From the NCBI GenBank assembly GCA_977020255.1, contig CDROCS010001688.1, positions 1-64,000 on the forward strand: 64,000 bases of DNA, written 5' to 3'. Made by a program: the position numbers and the translations under genes. The notes beneath the pieces were generated by a model. The model searched no databases, was not told the DNA's origin, and saw only the letters and a list, made by a program, of their open reading frames with translations. This DNA is from Obrimoposthia wandeli. Its lineage: Eukaryota. Shown one piece after another: positions 1-10,019 of this stretch (positions within the stretch are counted from its first letter, which is position 1; every line of letters starts with the position of its first letter).

Positions 1-239
1 GTTACAGAAATATGAAAGCTGATTTTGTGAGCTTATGCAATAAATATCAGCTTTTATCTTGTTTTGAAACGGTTACTTCACAATTTTCACATGATGAATT
101 TCAATGTTCATATGAGTGTAATATTTTATACGCATACTCCTACAACAATTAAAGGCTAGTATAGAAGCACGTCTATTTTCCACCATGAAAGTACGGTCTT
201 CAACAATAAAGTCTAATCGCACTAATAAGGATTTAATGA

Positions 240-1256
240 ATGAAAAAGCTAATAGGAATAGTTCTAACAGCGGCTGCACTTCTTGTCGGTTGTGGTGAAA
301 AAGGTGATGAAGCGGTAACGGCTGAAACAATTAAGCCAATTGATATCAATATGAGTTTGGTTTTTACTCAAAACGAACTTCTCACACAAGAATTGATTAA
401 AGTTAGCGATAAAATTCGGGAACGTACCGATGGTTCGATAAATATTAAAGTCTTCCCTGGCGGTCAGCTTCCCGTTTACAAGGATAACCTTGAGCAAGTC
501 GTTAATGGTGCAAATTGGATTGCAGTTGAAGACCTTAGTTATCTTGGCGATTACGTGCCTGATTTTGCTGCACTAGCGGGGCCAATGCTTTACAACTCAT
601 ACGATGAATATCTTGCAATGATGGATACCGACTTTGTTGCAGGTCTAAAAGCTCAAGTTGAAGAAAAAGGTATTAAAGTACTAAACGCTGATTATATGTT
701 TGGTTTCCGCCATATGATCACAAATAAAGAGATCAAAAATTCAGCAGACATGAAAGGCATGCGTATTCGTGTTCCTGGTAGCCAGTTATTCATTAGCACA
801 TTGTCTTCTATGGGTGCATCGCCAGCATCATTACCTTTCCCTGAAACCTATGCGGGTGTTCAGCAAGGCGTCGTTGATGGGCTAGAAGGCTCTATCTTAA
901 CAATGTACTCAACTAAGATTTATGAAGTTGCGAAAAATATGTCACTGACTAAGCACTTCTTGGGTACGGTAGGTATCTACATTTCACCAACATTGTGGGA
1001 TACGTTTACCCCTGAGCAACAGCAGATTGTAACAGAAGAGCTAGAAGCTGGTGCCGTATCTAATACTGCAGAGTTGATAAAGTTAGATGCTGAATATACG
1101 CAGAAGCTTGAAGAATTGGGTGTAACTTTTAACGAAGTTGATACTGCTGAATTTAGTAAGTTAACGGCTGATGTTTATAACCAGTTCCCAGCGTGGAGTA
1201 GTGATATTCACAGCACTATAATGAAAGAACTAGAGGTAATTCGCGCAGCTCAATAA
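240..1256 (+). CDS. dctP: TRAP transporter substrate-binding protein (DctP family), predicted lipoprotein
   Basis: Lipobox LVGC; DctP motifs FPGGQL, GFRH and GMRIRVP (carboxylate-binding Arg), VVDGLEG; followed by small and large TRAP permeases. Confidence 0.92.
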   Translation: MKKLIGIVLTAAALLVGCGEKGDEAVTAETIKPIDINMSLVFTQNELLTQELIKVSDKIRERTDGSINIKVFPGGQLPVYKDNLEQVVNGANWIAVEDLSYLGDYVPDFAALAGPMLYNSYDEYLAMMDTDFVAGLKAQVEEKGIKVLNADYMFGFRHMITNKEIKNSADMKGMRIRVPGSQLFISTLSSMGASPASLPFPETYAGVQQGVVDGLEGSILTMYSTKIYEVAKNMSLTKHFLGTVGIYISPTLWDTFTPEQQQIVTEELEAGAVSNTAELIKLDAEYTQKLEELGVTFNEVDTAEFSKLTADVYNQFPAWSSDIHSTIMKELEVIRAAQ

Positions 1257-1295
1257 TTGCGAAAATGTAAGTATAAAATTTGAAAAGAGTTATCG

Positions 1296-1328
1296 CGTGG
1301 CTTCTCAGTGGATTGTTGGGAAGCCACG
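1296..1328 (+). other. Intercistronic stem-loop after the TRAP SBP gene (likely mRNA-stabilising or processing hairpin)
   Basis: CGTGGCTTC...GAAGCCACG inverted repeat between dctP and dctQ; functional role inferred. Confidence 0.5.
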
Positions 1329-1374
1329 TTTATTGTTGGTTTACTCGTAGTTTGAGTAAGTCACAGGAGAAGTA

Positions 1375-1854
1375 ATGCGTTTTATATTAAAAAATATTGA
1401 AGAAATATTGGCATCAATTGCCATTTCTATCACGGTATTGGTCGTGATTATCAATGTGATTTTACGGTATGGCTTTGGTTTTGTCGTTCCGTGGAGTGAA
1501 GAACTTTCAGTTGTTTGCTTTATTTGGGCTGTCTATTTGGGTATTAGTTCATGCTATAAGCACAAATTACATATGGGCGTGGATGTTGTGGTGGCATTAT
1601 TGCCACAGGCTGCAAAACGTCCATTTAGGCTTGTTGTATCTAGCTTCTTGCTGGTGGTTAACGTGCTAATGGCTTATCTAAGCTATGACTACATGATGCT
1701 ATCTAACAAGGTAACACCAGTGATGGGAATGTCTTATTTCACAATAAATGGTGTGCTATTTCTTTGTTTTTCTTTAATGGCAATTCACACAGTGAAGTTT
1801 ATTAAAGATGATGTTGTACAGCTTCGAGAGAAGCGGTTAGATGCGCATAAATAG
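1375..1854 (+). CDS. dctQ: TRAP transporter small permease (DctQ)
   Basis: 159 aa, about 4 TM segments, motifs RYGFG..PWSEEL and HMGVD. Confidence 0.92.
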   Translation: MRFILKNIEEILASIAISITVLVVIINVILRYGFGFVVPWSEELSVVCFIWAVYLGISSCYKHKLHMGVDVVVALLPQAAKRPFRLVVSSFLLVVNVLMAYLSYDYMMLSNKVTPVMGMSYFTINGVLFLCFSLMAIHTVKFIKDDVVQLREKRLDAHK

Positions 1855-3147
1855 GTGACGATTGTGGAAAGTTATATTCCTATTATTTTTTTGTTTGTAT
1901 TCTTCTTATTGAATGTGCCTATTGCCTTTTCATTAATATCATCAGCAATGGTGTATTTCTTATTCATTAATAACTCCATACCTGTGAGTTTGGTGATGCA
2001 GCGCTTTATCTCGTCGGCTGAATCTTTTCCGTTATTGGCGATCCCATTTTTTATTATGGTTGGATCTGTCATGAATTACGCGGGTATTAGCCGAAGTTTA
2101 TTAGCGTTTGCCGATTCACTAATTGGGCATAAAACCGGTGGCTTAGCCCATGTTAACGTTGCTTTAAGTACATTGATGGGAGGTATTTCTGGTTCTGCGA
2201 ATGCAGATGCTGCCATGCAGTCTAAAATTTTAGCCCCAGAAATGACTAAGCGTGGTTATGATTTACCGTTTACAGCGGCAGTAACGGCGGCATCATCCAG
2301 TATTAGTCCAGTGATCCCACCGGGCATTAATTTGATCATCTATGCATTATTAGCCAATGTTTCTGTTCATCAGATGTTTATCGCAGGTTATGTACCAGCA
2401 TTCATGATGGCGTTATCACTAATGGTAACCATTGCTTTTATTGCTAAACGTCGTAATTACAAGCCGTCACGATCTGAACCGGCTTCTGGCAAAGAGCGCT
2501 TTCGTTATTTTGCTCAAGCCATTCCTGCGCTATTTATTCCCTTTGGTATTATTTTGGGAATGCGGTTTGGCTTGTTTACCCCCACAGAAGCAGGGGCTAT
2601 AGCGGTACTATTATGTTCAATTATCGGCTTCTTTATTTATCGAGAATTAAAGCCTTATCATTTTAAGTATATCTTGAAAGAAACAGTGCAGGGCACTGGT
2701 AGTGTAATGTTCATCATTATTGGTGCAATGGTATTTGGCTACTACATGACGTTAGAACAGATACCACAGAGCGTGGCATCTGCTTTGATAGAGCTCACTG
2801 ATAATAAGTTAGTCTTACTGTTATTGATAAACGTATTGCTACTGGTGGTGGGTATGTTTATCGAGGGTGGGGCTGCGATGATCATTCTGACGCCATTGTT
2901 ATTGCCTGCGGTACTTAACCTTGGTGTTAACCCTGTTCATTTCGGCATAATTGTAATTGTGAATATCATGATTGGTGGTGTAACCCCGCCATTCGGTTCG
3001 ATGATGTTTACCGTTTGTTCTATTCTAAAAGTGAAAATGGTCGACTTTGTACGTGAAGTTTTACCATTATTATTTGCACTATTAACGGTGTTAATGATTT
3101 TAACTTATTCAGAAAGCTTGGTGATGTTTTTGCCGAATTTGCTTTAA
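1855..3147 (+). CDS. dctM: TRAP transporter large permease (DctM)
   Basis: 430-aa hydrophobic protein, motifs LLAIPFF, GGISGSANADAA, IPPG, TPTEAG, NPVHFG, TPPFG; GTG start abuts dctQ stop. Confidence 0.95.
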   Translation: MTIVESYIPIIFLFVFFLLNVPIAFSLISSAMVYFLFINNSIPVSLVMQRFISSAESFPLLAIPFFIMVGSVMNYAGISRSLLAFADSLIGHKTGGLAHVNVALSTLMGGISGSANADAAMQSKILAPEMTKRGYDLPFTAAVTAASSSISPVIPPGINLIIYALLANVSVHQMFIAGYVPAFMMALSLMVTIAFIAKRRNYKPSRSEPASGKERFRYFAQAIPALFIPFGIILGMRFGLFTPTEAGAIAVLLCSIIGFFIYRELKPYHFKYILKETVQGTGSVMFIIIGAMVFGYYMTLEQIPQSVASALIELTDNKLVLLLLINVLLLVVGMFIEGGAAMIILTPLLLPAVLNLGVNPVHFGIIVIVNIMIGGVTPPFGSMMFTVCSILKVKMVDFVREVLPLLFALLTVLMILTYSESLVMFLPNLL

Positions 3148-3156
3148 GTCTTAGAG

Positions 3157-3957
3157 GTGTATGAAATGAATTCGGTACAAAACGAATTAACTCCAGACTG
3201 GAGTAACGTGGAATGGGTATTAACCGATGTGGATGACACGCTAACGTGGCAAGGTAAATTACCACCAGAAACCTTGATAGCATTGGCTGAATTACAGCAA
3301 GCCGGTATAAAAGTGGTGGCTGTAACGGGTGCTTGCGCGGGGTGGTGTGATCATATTGCTCAGCTATGGCCTGTTGATGCTGTTCTTGGCGAAAATGGCG
3401 CATTCATTATGGAAAAGCAAGCCGGTTTTTTAACTCTCCGTGCCGATCGTACAATGAATGAAATAGAGCAGCAGCAAGCGAAACTGAAACAACAAGTTCT
3501 CACGATTTTATCCGATTATCCAGATCTGAATTTAACGCTCGATCAGTCATATCGTTTATGTGAAGTCGCGATTGATATTGGGCAGAATCGCCCACGTGTT
3601 GATGATGTGATTATCGAAGACGTGGTTGCTAAAATCCATGCGTTAGGCGCACATGCAACCGCTAGTTCGATCCATATTAATGCGTGGTATGGCGAGCATT
3701 CGAAGAAAGCCACGTCGTTACAATATTTAGCAGAGAAGGGATTATCAAAATACGAGATACTTAACCTGTCTTGTTATGTGGGTGATTCAATGAATGATCA
3801 ACTCATGTTTGAGGCGCTGCCTAAAACAGTAGGGGTTGCCAATATACAACATTATTGGGATAAGCTGAGCCATCACCCTTCTATAGTCATGAGTCAACCC
3901 GGTGGTTTTGGTTTTGCCGAGTTTGCCAAGCAGTTACTTGATATGAAGCGTCGCTAA
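3157..3957 (+). CDS. HAD-IIB family hydrolase (phosphatase)
   Basis: Motif I DVDDT, motif II VTG, motif IV GDSMND; last gene of the TRAP operon. Confidence 0.88.
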   Translation: MYEMNSVQNELTPDWSNVEWVLTDVDDTLTWQGKLPPETLIALAELQQAGIKVVAVTGACAGWCDHIAQLWPVDAVLGENGAFIMEKQAGFLTLRADRTMNEIEQQQAKLKQQVLTILSDYPDLNLTLDQSYRLCEVAIDIGQNRPRVDDVIIEDVVAKIHALGAHATASSIHINAWYGEHSKKATSLQYLAEKGLSKYEILNLSCYVGDSMNDQLMFEALPKTVGVANIQHYWDKLSHHPSIVMSQPGGFGFAEFAKQLLDMKRR

Positions 3958-3986
3958 CCGATAATCTCGCAAATTGTACGAACTAT

Positions 3987-4020
3987 AAACGGATAGCAAA
4001 ATACGCTATCCGTTTTTATT
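3987..4020 (+). terminator. Rho-independent terminator of the TRAP-HAD operon
   Basis: AAACGGATAGC-7 nt-GCTATCCGTTT followed by TTATT. Confidence 0.75.
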
Positions 4021-4208
4021 GAACTTCGCTATTTAAGTGATCGTTAGCGCTGTATTTCTATGCCAATAGGCTTTGTATATGAAGGCAGATTCCATTATTA
4101 TTCCCTTCTTGTTAGCGAGCTAGATGTTGAATTGTCAGTCTGGCTTTTATTGCCTATTGGTCTCATTGCAATGGCAGCTACGCTTATCTTTGAAACAAGG
4201 AACCTTGA

Positions 4209-4787
4209 ATGAAACTCTCTGTGCTTGAACAACCCCTTTATGACCACCTTTACCGTGACATTCATGAGTTTCGCAGTACTTTCGATTTAGATATTGAATC
4301 ACCAGAAACAATGAGCGATAAAAGTGATACCTTGCATACCTCATTAGCCGTTGAAGAGCTAACTGAATTAGCAGAAGCTGATTCATTGGTTGAGCAAGCT
4401 GATGCGATTGTTGATTCAATCTATGTATTAATGGGGCGTTTAGTTCATCTTGGCGAAAAGAAAGTAGAAGACAATATTGGTATTAGCTACCTAATTGATT
4501 TGCTTCTTCAAGTCGCAGAACGTTTAGGTATCGATTTTGTAGCATGTTGGGATGAAGTGCATTCAAGCAACATGAGCAAAGTGTGCCGGAATGAATCTGA
4601 ATTTACAGATACTCAAAAGCATTATGCAACGCAAGGTGTAGAGCTTACGGGCAGCCAGAAAGGCGCCTACATTATTGCGAAATGTGCAAAAGATATTGAT
4701 TTAAATGGTAAAATTATTCGTCAGGGTAAGGTTTTGAAATCGGTTTACTATCGCCCAGCCGATCTCGTTAAGTTAGTTGTTCGTTAA
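4209..4787 (+). CDS. Nucleoside triphosphate pyrophosphohydrolase family protein (MazG-like/PRA-PH fold)
   Basis: EELTELAE, DAIVDSIYVLMG, WDEVHSSNMSK and GKVLKS motifs. Confidence 0.8.
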   Translation: MKLSVLEQPLYDHLYRDIHEFRSTFDLDIESPETMSDKSDTLHTSLAVEELTELAEADSLVEQADAIVDSIYVLMGRLVHLGEKKVEDNIGISYLIDLLLQVAERLGIDFVACWDEVHSSNMSKVCRNESEFTDTQKHYATQGVELTGSQKGAYIIAKCAKDIDLNGKIIRQGKVLKSVYYRPADLVKLVVR

Positions 4788-4929
4788 TTCAACAATTTAA
4801 AACGGTACTATTCTCCTTCTGCTTACCTATTTTGATGATAAGTAGAAGGTGTTTCTCATTGATTTCCTCTTTAGCTATCTCTTCAAACCCCGTAAACTAA
4901 CCAGCTAATTCTTCCCCAGTAATAAAACC

Positions 4930-6279
4930 ATGCATTCACAAACGATATCATCAGCGCCAATATCTCAGCCTGAACTCGCTCGTCAGCTATTTAAAATGAC
5001 ATGGCCAATGCTATTTGGCGTACTTTCATTGATGAGTTTTCAGCTTGTTGATAGTGCGTTTATAGGTCAACTCGGTGTACTACCGCTTGCTGCCCAAGGT
5101 TTCACCTTACCGATGCAAATGGTGATTATTGGTCTGCAAGTTGGCTTAGGCATTGCAACAACCTCATTGATTTCTCGAGTGTTAGGGGCCAATGAACCAG
5201 AACGTGCCAAACAACTGGGTGGGTTAGTTGTCATTACGGGGGGCATTGGTGTATTTGCCATCTGCTGGTTTATTTGGTTACTTCGTGGCCCAGTATTAAA
5301 CCTGCTTGATGCCCCTTTGAATGTTTACCCTGTTATTGATGCTTATTGGCCTATATGGTTAGGTAGCTCTTGGGCTGGTGCGATGCTCTATTTTGCTTAC
5401 AGCCTTTGCCGTTCCAATGGTAATACGATGTTACCCGGCATAATGATGGTTATAACCAGTATTTTGAATATGCTGCTGGATCCATTGTTTATTTTCACCT
5501 TTGATCTGGGCCTAGTAGGGGCTGCATGGGCTACGATTGTCGCATTTGGCATCGGAATGCTGGCCGTTTTTCCCTTAGTCATTAAACGCCATTGGATGAG
5601 CTTTCAATTTGAAGGGCTCGATATTCCCGCATCCATTAAAGAGCTGGGTAATATAATGGCACCTGCAATGTTAAGTCAGTTATTACCACCACTGTCTTCG
5701 ATGTTTGCGACGAAATTAGTCGCCAGCTTTGGCGCGGCAACGGTTGCCGCATGGGCATTAGGCTCGCGGTTAGAATTTTTTTCTATTGTGGTGGTTTTAG
5801 CACTCACCATGTCGATGCCGCCGATGGTAGGAAGAATGCTCGGAGAAAAAGACATACACCGTATAAAAGCCTTGGTTAACATTAGCATTAAGTTTTTACT
5901 GGGTTGGCAGTTGGCCGTTGCAGCGGTATTGTTCATTGCTTCACCTTATTTAGCAGAACTGCTCACTAGTGAAGAATCGGTGAGGAGTGTGTTACTCATA
6001 CACCTGACTTGGGTGCCTATCAGTTTAGGCTCATTGGGTATTTGTATGTTGATGGTATCGATTTGTAATGCGCTTGCATTGCCAATGCGTGCTTTATTGA
6101 TATCTGGTTTACGCCTATTTGTTTGTTTCTTGCCCTTACTGTGGCTTGGAACGCAATTGATGGGGCTTAATGGATTATTCATTGGGGCAATGGTGGGGAA
6201 TTTTGCTGCGGGTATTATGGCGTGGGTGCTTTATCAGCAAGGTATCAATGTTGCTATACGTAAGCACTGTACAGAATAA
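4930..6279 (+). CDS. MATE family efflux transporter
   Basis: 449 aa, about 12 TM; N-terminal PML...LVDSAFIGQLG and LDPLFIF..GLVGAAWAT MATE signatures. Confidence 0.92.
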   Translation: MHSQTISSAPISQPELARQLFKMTWPMLFGVLSLMSFQLVDSAFIGQLGVLPLAAQGFTLPMQMVIIGLQVGLGIATTSLISRVLGANEPERAKQLGGLVVITGGIGVFAICWFIWLLRGPVLNLLDAPLNVYPVIDAYWPIWLGSSWAGAMLYFAYSLCRSNGNTMLPGIMMVITSILNMLLDPLFIFTFDLGLVGAAWATIVAFGIGMLAVFPLVIKRHWMSFQFEGLDIPASIKELGNIMAPAMLSQLLPPLSSMFATKLVASFGAATVAAWALGSRLEFFSIVVVLALTMSMPPMVGRMLGEKDIHRIKALVNISIKFLLGWQLAVAAVLFIASPYLAELLTSEESVRSVLLIHLTWVPISLGSLGICMLMVSICNALALPMRALLISGLRLFVCFLPLLWLGTQLMGLNGLFIGAMVGNFAAGIMAWVLYQQGINVAIRKHCTE

Positions 6280-6397
6280 TCTTGGAATAATGGGTTCTTA
6301 TTTTTTAAAGAACCGATGAGTTTTTTACTATCGAGCTGTTAGTATGTGCTTAATTTAGTTAAGTAAATAATAAAATGACAAGAAAAAGGATTAGCCA

Positions 6398-7213
6398 ATG
6401 AAAACGTTCACTATAGACACCCAAACCATGCATTACGTGGATATAGGTGAAGGTCCTGTTCTCGTTTTAGGTCATAGCTATTTATGGGATAACAAAATGT
6501 GGGCACCTCAGTTAGAGGTATTAAGTCAGCATTATCGTTGCATTGTTCCAGATCTTTGGAGCCATGGACGTTCAGAGGCTGCACCACAAAAAACACAAAA
6601 TTTACAAGATTATGCCCGCGATGTATTAAGTCTGCTTGATCATCTTCAGATTGATTCATTTTCTATTATTGGTTTGTCTGTTGGTGGTATGTGGGGGGCA
6701 GAATTAGCGCTTATTGCACCAGAACGTACCAAGTCATTGGTATTAATGGATACCTTTATTGGTTTTGAGCCAGAAGTGATGCACGCGAAATATTTCGCAA
6801 TGTTAGATACGATTGCTCAGGTTCAACATGTTCCAGCACCACTGATCGATGTGATTGCGCCAATGTTTTTTGCGCGTAATGTTGAACAAGCAAACCCAGC
6901 ACTAGTGGCGAAATTTCGAGAGCACTTGTCATCTATTAAAGGTCAACATGCTGTTGATGTAACCAATATTGGGCGCATGGTGTTTGGTCGTCGTGATACG
7001 TTTGATGATGTTGAACAATTAACCTTACCAACGCTTGTTGTTGTTGGTGTACAAGATATGCCACGCCCTCCGCTAGAATCTCAGCTTATGCAAGATGCAA
7101 TTGATGGTAGTCAGTTGTTTATTGTGCAAGATGCAGGTCATATTTGTAACTTAGAGCAGCCAGAGGTTGTTACTGAGAAGCTATTAAGCTTTATGAATGA
7201 TGTGCATGCATAG
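6398..7213 (+). CDS. Alpha/beta fold hydrolase (enol-lactonase-like)
   Basis: Nucleophile elbow GLSVGG, PDLWSHG, C-terminal DAGH. Confidence 0.88.
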   Translation: MKTFTIDTQTMHYVDIGEGPVLVLGHSYLWDNKMWAPQLEVLSQHYRCIVPDLWSHGRSEAAPQKTQNLQDYARDVLSLLDHLQIDSFSIIGLSVGGMWGAELALIAPERTKSLVLMDTFIGFEPEVMHAKYFAMLDTIAQVQHVPAPLIDVIAPMFFARNVEQANPALVAKFREHLSSIKGQHAVDVTNIGRMVFGRRDTFDDVEQLTLPTLVVVGVQDMPRPPLESQLMQDAIDGSQLFIVQDAGHICNLEQPEVVTEKLLSFMNDVHA

Positions 7214-7272
7214 TATTTATCAGCATAGAGCCTTTGTTAACATCTGGTTTTTGTAAATATATAGCAACAAAC

Positions 7273-7308
7273 AAACGCAGCGATGATGATTCATCGCTGC
7301 GTTTTTTT
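7273..7308 (+). terminator. Rho-independent terminator
   Basis: AAACGCAGCGATGA...TCATCGCTGCGTTT followed by a T run. Confidence 0.8.
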
Positions 7309-7450
7309 ATTCTGGTTACTTGCATCGTACTCAATAAACTATTGCTCAAGTGTTTTCTATGCTGCTCACTTTACTTCGTACTTAAGATACTGGGGAGTTT
7401 CTGATAACTGGTCTTTAATTAGAGGGAAGCTTTATTCTGGGAGAATTACA

Positions 7451-7825
7451 ATGATACGAGCGTTATTTATTACCTTGCTGTTTTTACTACCTTTTACAAC
7501 GCAAGCGACAACGAGCAGTGCTCAGGCTAATAATGATTCAAGGCAAAACACCAGCACTAAGATGCACGGCAACACTGAAAGTCGTCAATTGGAAGATGAA
7601 CAGAAAAAAAGTGCAGTCACTAAAAACTTGAAAACCGTTAATGTGAATTCGGCATCAGCGAAAGATCTTGCGGCATCACTACCTGGTATCGGTGATGCAA
7701 AAGCGAAAGCGATTGTTGATTACCGTAAAAAAAATGGGAAGTTTAAATCAGCCAGTGATCTAGCCAAAGTACCTGGGCTGGGTGATAAAAGCGTGGGCAA
7801 TATGAAGAAATACCTGAAGTATTAA
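7451..7825 (+). CDS. comEA: ComEA family helix-hairpin-helix DNA-binding protein
   Basis: Signal peptide MIRALFITLL after GGGAG SD; VNVNSASAKDL, LPGIGDAKA and VPGLGDK HhH motifs. The track start at 7283 lies inside a terminator, so the start was moved. Confidence 0.88.
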   Translation: MIRALFITLLFLLPFTTQATTSSAQANNDSRQNTSTKMHGNTESRQLEDEQKKSAVTKNLKTVNVNSASAKDLAASLPGIGDAKAKAIVDYRKKNGKFKSASDLAKVPGLGDKSVGNMKKYLKY

Positions 7826-7850
7826 TCTTTGGTTAGCCGGTTAGAATGAA

Positions 7851-7884
7851 AAACGCATCAGATTATAAGTAACCTGATGCGTTT
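7851..7884. terminator. Hairpin between convergent genes (likely bidirectional terminator)
   Basis: AAACGCATCAG...CTGATGCGTTT inverted repeat. Confidence 0.6.
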
Positions 7885-7935
7885 CATTTAATACTCTATT
7901 TCATGCTGTCAGTGTTAAGTGAGCCGACTATATAG

Positions 7936-8328
7936 TTATAATACTTGTACACGGTCTACTTCGATTTCAGGGGTATTTCCACCTTCGTATTCACCAAACA
8001 AGCGCACTTTTGTTGTTGCGTCAATTGCTTGTGGTAAATGAATATCATCGTCTAACTCAACTTGAATTTCTTTTGTGCCATCACTGAAAATAAATGTATC
8101 TGCATTGATTTGTTTAATCAACTTACCTTCAACAACGGCATTTCGTTCTGTAAACATGCTTGTGCTGTCGAGTAGTTCGGCAACTGTTACTGTATCAATC
8201 GGGCCTGAATAAGAAATAACAGCGCCTTTTTGTTCATTATGATTGCCTGCAAAAGCGAGTGTTGGAACTAAGATCATTGCAGATGCGATTGCGATAACAG
8301 TATTTTTTACAGAAATTAATTTAGTCAT
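7936..8328 (-). CDS. YgiW/YdeI (BOF, bacterial OB-fold) periplasmic stress protein
   Basis: Signal peptide MTKLISVKN...AFA after a GGAG SD; YSGP, VVEGKLIKQI..DTFIFSDGT.EIQVELDD, EIEVD motifs. Confidence 0.85.
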   Translation of the reverse strand: MTKLISVKNTVIAIASAMILVPTLAFAGNHNEQKGAVISYSGPIDTVTVAELLDSTSMFTERNAVVEGKLIKQINADTFIFSDGTKEIQVELDDDIHLPQAIDATTKVRLFGEYEGGNTPEIEVDRVQVL

Positions 8329-8423
8329 GAGTTCGTCTCCTTGTTTTGATGTTGCTATTAAACAACACTTCAACTGAACCATTCGTGAGGCTGCTATTCA
8401 GATTTCGTTCATATAGCATTTAT

Positions 8424-9266
8424 TTAGATATTATTAGCTAATGGGTAGGTGAAAAATAATAAATGCACCATGTTAAAACCAAAGTGAATAGCAATCGCGT
8501 AACTTAATTTTCCTGACCAGTAATAGGTCAAACCATAAAGAAGACCGGCTAAACTTGCGACAACAATGAATAATGGACCACCCGCGAAATGTGCGGCACC
8601 AAATAAAAGGCTTGCTAGCCCAATGCCAACAATAGGATTAAAACGTTGAGTCAGTAATCGCTGAATATAGCCACGAAAGAGTGCTTCTTCTGCAACACAA
8701 GTGAATAGCAGGTTGTTTAATGCAAATACCCACCACCAACTAGGCACTGATAATTCAGGTTTTACCAGATTTAACACGAGTGGAACCACTGGCAATAAAA
8801 TGAAGCTAATGGCTAATATCGAGACTTGTTTAGGCGATAGTATGTTCCGTTTTCCCAACATAGTTGGTACTAACAGTAATAAACCAAAGAAGATCATCGG
8901 TTTATCTAAGTTCAAATAAAGCGTAAAGGGAATACTTTTAGGGCCAGTAATCACGTTATCAAGTACTAATAGGTTGTTGAAGCCAGGGATAAGATGTAAT
9001 ACCAAGGCTAGACACCACATAACAACCAAGCTGTGGCATGCGACTTTCCATTTTCCTTGAGCTTTTCTTGCGAGATCAGAAACTAATAACCCAGCGGTAA
9101 TAGCTAATATACCCACGAAATTTATGTTATTGAAATATAAGGCACTTGCAAAAGTGATAACAAGAAGGTGTAGCCAGTACCGAGGTTGAATAAATGCGGT
9201 AATAACGGTAGCACCAAGCAACAACCACGTTATTGCCTCGGGTAATAAATCATTGGGTAAAATCAT
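8424..9266 (-). CDS. CPBP family intramembrane glutamic endopeptidase
   Basis: AEEALFRG, FGAAHF and AIAIHFGFN motifs; multiple TM segments. Confidence 0.9.
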   Translation of the reverse strand: MILPNDLLPEAITWLLLGATVITAFIQPRYWLHLLVITFASALYFNNINFVGILAITAGLLVSDLARKAQGKWKVACHSLVVMWCLALVLHLIPGFNNLLVLDNVITGPKSIPFTLYLNLDKPMIFFGLLLLVPTMLGKRNILSPKQVSILAISFILLPVVPLVLNLVKPELSVPSWWWVFALNNLLFTCVAEEALFRGYIQRLLTQRFNPIVGIGLASLLFGAAHFAGGPLFIVVASLAGLLYGLTYYWSGKLSYAIAIHFGFNMVHLLFFTYPLANNI

Positions 9267-9419
9267 AATTAATCAATGCGTTAGTGTAAGAATGTAAATG
9301 ATAACAATTTTATTTCTGATGTGAAGGGCTTATTAACGGTCTTCCCTGATAACAGAGCATACATTCTTAAGGTAAAAAGATAACATATTGATGTGATTAA
9401 GCGATGAGATGATAAACCA

Positions 9420-10019
9420 GTGAGCATTCAAGATAACTATCAAGGAATAGACTTTATATTAGGTGGGGCTAGGTCGGGTAAAAGTAGCCTTGCTGAAGCG
9501 TTAGCGAAATCATCTGGCCTTACTGTTACCTATGTTGCGACTGCAACTGCGGGTGACGATGAAATGACCGCTCGTATTCAACAGCACAAAGAGCAGCGCC
9601 CCCATCAATGGCCAGTAATAGAAGAACCATTATGTTTGGCTGAGGTTATTCGTACCCACAGTAAAAAGGGCACATGTTTATTAATCGATTGTTTAACACT
9701 CTGGCTAACGAATTGCCTATTTGGCACTGTTGAACAATCTGAACAATCTGAACAATCTGAACATAAAGATCACCATAAAATCGTCGGCTGGTCTGATCGA
9801 AAGGCAGATTTTTTAAAGGCACTGGTTGAAGCCGAAGGGCGTGTTATTCTGGTCAGTAATGAAGTAGGACAAGGCATAGTACCACTTGGTGAAGTATCAA
9901 GGCGCTTTGTTGATGAGAGTGGCTGGTTACATCAAGCCATCGCAAAACAAGCTGATCGGGTTGTATTTGTGACTGCTGGTTTACCACAAGTTTTGAAAGG
10001 CCCTGCGTTAAGGAGATGA
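9420..10019 (+). CDS. cobU: Bifunctional adenosylcobinamide kinase / adenosylcobinamide-phosphate guanylyltransferase
   Basis: P-loop GGARSGKS, RIQQHKEQRP, LIDCLTLWLTN, VSNEVGQG. Confidence 0.95.
   Translation: MSIQDNYQGIDFILGGARSGKSSLAEALAKSSGLTVTYVATATAGDDEMTARIQQHKEQRPHQWPVIEEPLCLAEVIRTHSKKGTCLLIDCLTLWLTNCLFGTVEQSEQSEQSEHKDHHKIVGWSDRKADFLKALVEAEGRVILVSNEVGQGIVPLGEVSRRFVDESGWLHQAIAKQADRVVFVTAGLPQVLKGPALRR
9731..9763 (+). repeat. In-frame 9-bp tandem repeat (TGAACAATC x3 plus TGAACA) inside cobU
   Basis: Read directly; encodes EQSEQSEQSEH. Confidence 0.95.

Noticed and set aside
7283-7450. N-terminal extension of comEA given by the ORF track
   Set aside because: The start lies within the upstream terminator; the ATG at 7451 has an SD and a signal peptide.
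9267-9419. Cobalamin riboswitch upstream of cobU
   Set aside because: The spacer is short and AT-rich, and I could not find the conserved B12-box or GGGAA core; an Infernal scan would be decisive.
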